From positions 480,001 to 544,000 of the forward strand of contig CAVPQB010000006.1 in the NCBI GenBank assembly GCA_963707505.1: a stretch of 64,000 bases of DNA, in the 5' to 3' direction. The translations under genes were made by a program, and so were the position numbers. The stretch comes from an uncultured Gemmatimonadales bacterium (GTDB lineage Bacteria; Gemmatimonadota; Gemmatimonadetes; Gemmatimonadales; Gemmatimonadaceae). How positions within the stretch are numbered: position 1 is the first letter of the stretch; every line of letters starts with the position of its first letter. A model generated the notes under the pieces. The model saw nothing but the letters and a program-made list of their open reading frames with translations, was not told where the DNA came from and ran no database searches. This document shows, one piece after another, positions 58,653 to 64,000 of the stretch.

Positions 58653-59621
58653 CTATGGCTGCTCGCCGCGCTTTCGCCACCACCGCGCGATGCCGTCAAC
58701 ACTCATTCGATAGTTGCCGGCTTCCTCGTATCGGCGTAGCAGCGAAGGATCTCCGGTTCGGGTCAGGGTAGCGTCTTCCATTGCTCGCAGTGCGTCCGAC
58801 GCAGCGTCAGCCGCCTCGCCTGTGGCGAGCCGGCCGCCGACCCATCCGGCCCAGAACCACGTGCGCGAGAGCAGTTCGTCCAGATGCCACGCTACGTCGT
58901 CATAGCCGCCAAAGTGCGTGAGATACAGACGACGTGGCTCCAGAGCACGCAGAATGGCTACGCTCTTCTGCCACTTTTCGGGGGAAAATTCCGGTGGTGG
59001 TGTCGGAGGCCTCAAATGCATCGTGCCATCGAGTCGAACGCCGGCGACGTCACCCGTGAAGACAGAGCCAGTGTCAGGGTCGTGCAGCGCAAGATGGTGA
59101 TTCGCGTGTCCGGGAGTGTCGTATGCGCGCAGCGTACGCGCACCCGTGTGAAGATCGACGCGATCCTCGAGCACGCTGAGACGCTCCTCTGGTATCGGAA
59201 TCATCTCGCCCCAGAGCGGTCCCATCAGATCGCCGTAGATTCGCGTCGCACTCGCCATCAGTTTGGCTGGATCGATCATGTGCGGAGCGCCGACGGGATG
59301 TACGTACAGTCGTGCACGCGGCAACACGCGAAGCAGGGATCCGGCGCCGCCGGCGTGATCGAGGTGTATGTGTGTCACGACGACCCGTTCAATATTTTCT
59401 GGGTCGAAGCCAGCCTGGCGCACACCGGCAAGCAGAGTCTCGAGGGTGCTGGCGGGGCCGGTCTCGATCAGGGTTAGTGCATCGCCGTCAGCGACGAGAT
59501 ACGACGCGATGACGCCGGGCGAGCCGCGGAAGTGATGGTCTAGCAGGAATACACCAGGCTCGACCTCGCTCGCAAGACGGTTGGAGGATGGAGTGTGATC
59601 CACGGAATCTGTCATCTGCAT
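58653..59621 (-). CDS. MBL-fold metallo-hydrolase
   Basis: THIHLDHAGG, TPGHANHH, FTGD, THFG. Confidence 0.92.
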   Translation of the reverse strand: MQMTDSVDHTPSSNRLASEVEPGVFLLDHHFRGSPGVIASYLVADGDALTLIETGPASTLETLLAGVRQAGFDPENIERVVVTHIHLDHAGGAGSLLRVLPRARLYVHPVGAPHMIDPAKLMASATRIYGDLMGPLWGEMIPIPEERLSVLEDRVDLHTGARTLRAYDTPGHANHHLALHDPDTGSVFTGDVAGVRLDGTMHLRPPTPPPEFSPEKWQKSVAILRALEPRRLYLTHFGGYDDVAWHLDELLSRTWFWAGWVGGRLATGEAADAASDALRAMEDATLTRTGDPSLLRRYEEAGNYRMSVDGIARWWRKRGEQP

Positions 59622-59625
59622 GTGT

Positions 59626-60866
59626 TCAGTGCGGCTCCTTGCCAGTTACCACGCGCCAGGTATCGCGCGCTATGAGCAGCTCCTCGTCCGTCGGTATTAC
59701 CCAGAGCTGGATTCGTTCTCCCTCGCGGTCGAAGCGACCTTCCATACCGCGCTCGAGCGCCGAGTTGCGACTGGTATCGATCCGTATGCCGAGCCAGTCC
59801 ATTCCGGTACAGATACGCTCCCGGACAGCAGGGGAGTTCTCGCCGATGCCGCCTGCGAATACTATCGCGTCCGCACCGTTCATGGCGGCGAGATATGCAC
59901 CGATGTATTTCCGCGCCCTGTAACAGAAGACGTCTATCGCCAGTCGCGCGCGACGGTCACCATTCTCGTCGGCTTCTGCGAGAAGCTCGCGCATGTCGGC
60001 GGTGAGACCGGAAAGTCCAAGGAGACCCGACTGCTTGTTGAGCATTACGTCCATGTCGCGACTACTGAGTCCTTCCTTGGCGCCAACGTATTCGAGAATT
60101 GCCGGATCGATGTCTCCCGAGCGCGTTCCCATCACAAGTCCCTCGAGCGGGGTGAATCCCATCGACGTATCGATGGATTCTCCGTTCACGATCGCGCATG
60201 CAGACGCACCATTCCCAAGGTGCAGCGTGATGATGCGCGTCTGCTCGCGAGTCCTGCCGGTGAGCTGGCGATAGCGATATGCGACGTACCTGTGTGACGT
60301 CCCATGAAATCCATAACGTCGTACCCTGTATCGCCGGTAGAGCTGGTACGGAATGGCGTACAGGTGTGCGGTCTCCGGTATGGTCTGGTGAAACGCGGTG
60401 TCGAATACCGCAACCTGCGGCACGTTTTCACCGAGAACTTCGCGCGCGGCCGCAATACCGAGCAGATTGTGCGGATTGTGCAGCGGTGCGAGGTCGATGA
60501 GTCGCTCGAGGTCACTTCGGACGGCCGCGGTGACGAGAGTTGATCGTGTGAACTGCTCACCGCCGTGTACTACCCGGTGGCCGACGGCTTCGATGTCGGA
60601 TGGCGCAGTAATATCGACACCAGAATCAGCTCCAGCCATCCAGCCGATGACGCGCTCCACTGCCTCAGCATGATTGCGGATCTGGGCTGTGGTGTGCGAC
60701 GGCGGCGCTGATCCTACACCGAGAGTGAGGATTGCCTCGCCACCAATGCGCTCGATCTGACCCATGGCGAGCCGGCGGTCACGATTGCCGTCGATCGCGC
60801 CTGATCGGTATCGATGAGCTGAAACTTGAGCGACGACGATCCGACATTCAGGACCAGGATCTTCAT
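59626..60866 (-). CDS. ackA: Acetate kinase (frameshift near 60800)
   Basis: [16 protein letters not shown] at 60866, then [46 protein letters not shown]. Confidence 0.95.
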
Positions 60867-63272
60867 GAGGCGGCGTGTCCGGTCCAACGCCAGTCGCGAA
60901 TCTCGGGCATGTCGTCGCCGTACTCATTGACATAGGCACGATGCTCGACAAGTCTGCGAGCGGAAGAGATCAGCTGCCACAGATGCAGCCGCGTGATTTC
61001 TGAGACGCGGTACACGTGCGATGACGTCCAGTGCCAGGTGGAATCGGTCCATCTCATTGAGTACTGTCATGTCGAACGGTGTCGTGGTCGTGCCCTCTTC
61101 CTTGTAACCGCGCACGTGCATGTTGTCGTGGTTTCTGCGGCGATACGTGAGACGGTGGATCAGCAGCGGATAGCCGTGAAATGCAAATACTACTGGCCTG
61201 TCTTTCGTGAACATCGCATCGAACTCATCATCCGGCAAGCCATGCGGATGCTCGCTGTCAGGCTGCAGAGCCATGAGGTCCACGACGTTGACCACACGCA
61301 TGCGGAGGTCGGGTATGTGAGTCCGCAGCAGATCCACGGCCGCAAGGATTTCGAGTGTCGGCACGTCGCCGCAGCATCCGAGCACCACGTCCGGGTCGGC
61401 GCCACCGTCATTGCACGCCCAGTGCCAGATGCCGAGCCCCTTGCTGCAGTGTGCCGCCGCTGCATCGATGTCCAGCCATTGCGGTTCAGGTTGTTTACCG
61501 GCAACAATCACGTTCACATAATTCCTGCTGCGCAGGCAGTGGTCCGCTACCGACAGCAGAGTATTCGCATCTGGCGGGAGATACACACGCACCACATCAG
61601 CCTTCTTGTTCACCACATGGTCCAGAAATCCGGGATCCTGGTGACTGTTGCCGTTGTGATCCTGTCGCCACACATGTGACGTAAGAAGGTAGTTGAGCGA
61701 TGCGATGGGCCGGCGCCACGGGATGTTGCGAGCAGTGGCGAGCCATTTCGCGTGCTGGTTGAACATCGAGTCCACGATATGAATGAACGCTTCGTAGCAG
61801 GAGAACAGGCCGTGCCTGCCGGTAAGCAGATATCCTTCCAGCCATCCCTCGCACATGTGCTCGCTCAGCACCTCCATCACCCTGCCATCGGGTGCGACGT
61901 GGTCATCACTCGGAAGTATTTCCGCCGTCGAGGTACGATCGGTGACCTCGAATAGTGCATCGAGTCTGTTGGAGCTTGTTTCATCCGGCCCCATGATTCG
62001 AAAATTGCTCGAGCTCATGTTGAGTCGCATCACATCCCGAAGGAAGTTGCCGAGTATGCGGGTGGATTCTGCGTCGACTGCGCCCGGCGCCGGTACGGCC
62101 ACCGCGTAGTCACGGAACGCCGGCATTGCGAGATCCTTGAGCAACAGCCCACCATTGGCATGAGGATTGGCACTCATGCGGCGTGTTTCTGTGGGCGCGA
62201 TGTTGGCGATCTCCGGAATGAGTGTGCCTTTCTCATCGAACAGTTCTTCAGGTCGGTAGCTCTTCATCCACTGCTCGAGCAATGCGACATGCCCGGGATT
62301 GTGTGCAAATCCGGTAATCGGTACCTGATGCGAGCGGAACGATCCCTCCGTCTGCTTTCCGTCGACGAACTTTGGACCGGTCCAGCCCTTGGGCGAACGG
62401 AGGACTATCATCGGCCATGGCACCCGATGCGTGAAGCCGTGCTCGCGCGCATCGTGCTGGATGCGCTTGATATCAGCCAGCACAGTATCCATGGTCGCCG
62501 CCATGAGCTGATGCATCACATGCGGGTCGTCGCCGGAGACGAAACGCGGATCGTAACCGTAGCCTTGCAACAGCGACGTAAGCTCGTCGTCGTCGATTCG
62601 CGCGAGAACCGTAGGGCCTGCGATCTTGTAACCGTTGAGGTGCAGAATCGGGATCACTGCGCCGTCGCGTGCGGGATCAAGAAACTTGTTGGAATGCCAG
62701 CTGGTCGCGAGCGCGCCCGTTTCCGCCTCACCGTCGCCGATTGCGCAGCAGACGAAGAGATCCGGATTGTCGAACACGGCTCCGTACGCATGGAGCAGTG
62801 AATATCCCAGCTCTCCGCCTTCGTGGATGGATCCAGGTGTTTCCGGAGCGACGTGACTGGGAATGCCTCCGGGGAAGGAGAACTGCTTGAACAACCGTTG
62901 GAGTCCGTCAGTATCGCGGCTTACCGCTGGATAGACCTCGCTGTACGTCCCCTCGAGATAGGTGTTGGCGACGACCCCAGGTCCGCCGTGGCCCGGACCA
63001 GCGACGAAGATCGCGTCGATGTCGTGCTTCCTGATCAGCCTGTTCATGTGCACGTACATGAAATTCAGTCCTGGAGTCGTACCCCAGTGGCCGAGCAGCC
63101 TGCGCTTGATGTGGTCGAGGCTCAGCGGTGCGCGCAGGAGAGGATTGGCGAGGAGATAGATCTGGCCTACCGAGAGGTAGTTCGCGGCGCGCCAGTATGC
63201 ATCGATCAACCCGAGTTCATCCGCGGAAAGTGGATTCCGGCTCGGCGTTTCATTCGCAATGACGGGCGTCAT
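60863..63272 (-). CDS. xfp: Xylulose-5-P/fructose-6-P phosphoketolase (frameshift near 60960)
   Basis: [55 protein letters not shown]-terminal [12 protein letters not shown] lies in the next frame. Confidence 0.95.
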
Positions 63273-63391
63273 GTCGATTGCTCCATGGAAATTGCAGGAT
63301 CAGGAGGATCCTGCCGGCCAGCCAGTAGCTGGCAGGGCGGAATACGCCGATGCAGCGAACGCGACATGCTGCGGGATTGGCGACATGCGCG

Positions 63392-63862
63392 TCAGAACCG
63401 CTCGCCCTTCGCCTCGCGTGCCTGACTGCCCACCGGCCGAATTCTTGTCCACATCGTGAAGAAGAACACCCCGATCGCGATTCCCTGCAGGAAGCCGGCC
63501 GCGACGATCGCGACGCGCAGCCACATTGCGGAGACGTTCATGTTGAACAGGCTCGATCGCATTACTTCGCCACCGACCCGCGCGACGGTTCCGATCGTGA
63601 TCAGCCAGTAAGCGGTTTCGGCCAGTCGCGGATTGTATTGCGCGTCGGTCTTTTCCGGACGCGGAAAAAGCCACAGCGCAACACCCATGATCATCATCAT
63701 CACGAAGCCGACGAACAGCGCGTGCGTGTGAGCGCTGACGAGATATTCGTCCGGTGCTGCACCCTGGAATTCCCGGCGCGCGATGAGGTACCCGCCTATC
63801 GACAGCCCGACTGCCAGAAAGGCGATTGCGGTCTTGAGGTAACGGCGGACGAGCGTGTACAC
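63392..63862 (-). CDS. Four-TM membrane protein resembling a heme-copper oxidase subunit I fragment
   Basis: SAHTHALFVGFVMMMIMGVALWLFPRP; terminal EAKGERF. Confidence 0.7.
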   Translation of the reverse strand: MYTLVRRYLKTAIAFLAVGLSIGGYLIARREFQGAAPDEYLVSAHTHALFVGFVMMMIMGVALWLFPRPEKTDAQYNPRLAETAYWLITIGTVARVGGEVMRSSLFNMNVSAMWLRVAIVAAGFLQGIAIGVFFFTMWTRIRPVGSQAREAKGERF

Positions 63863-64000
63863 GTCGCGCTACGCGCCCGCGCTCATGCAGCGACGCTCAT
63901 GCAGCGACGCTTTCACGCAGGTAAACTCATGCAACTGCATTCATGCAGCAGCGCTCGTGCGGCCGCCTGGCCTGGGCGTGATCGCTGCCAGCACGACGAA

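Noticed and set aside
63868..64000. Partial gene at the window end
   Set aside because: Too short and repetitive to assign a frame or product.
1..64000. Numerous overlapping alternative-frame and antisense ORFs in the track
   Set aside because: Shadow ORFs expected in high-GC DNA; they are Arg/Ala-rich, lack motifs and overlap well-supported genes.

Overview
A GC-rich bacterial chromosomal segment. The gene families point to Gemmatimonadota (inference). Scattered 1-bp frameshifts in otherwise intact genes look like long-read indel errors. In order: (1) 1-7.5 kb: M1 aminopeptidase 3' end, tricorn/S41 protease, acyl-CoA dehydrogenase. (2) 7.5-13.9 kb: a DNA-repair neighbourhood with split LigD (polymerase gene, plus a phosphoesterase gene carrying a histone-like tail), CspA, a Zn-ribbon protein and a YhaM-like HD nuclease. 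Divergent from these is a compact unit of a Rad52/Sak-like single-strand annealing protein, an atypical ECF sigma factor and a LexA/S24 self-cleaving peptidase with no evident HTH. This is the best candidate for an undescribed system: a DNA-damage switch in which an autocleaving anti-sigma controls an ECF. (3) 14-44 kb: MenA-like prenyltransferase, MFS, DesK/DesR with an ABC transporter and amidohydrolase, CsaA, EttA, a Fic pseudogene, TonB-like proteins, secreted beta-propeller proteins, a MutS-related ATPase and an S9 peptidase. (4) 44.5-64 kb: a hypoxia/dormancy-type island (two-domain multicopper oxidase, PAS kinase, SulP, PLP decarboxylase, porin/YceI, two USPs, AckA, Xfp). Three of its promoter regions share 15-bp boxes repeated every 22 bp. 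I found no rRNA, tRNA, CRISPR array or transposase.
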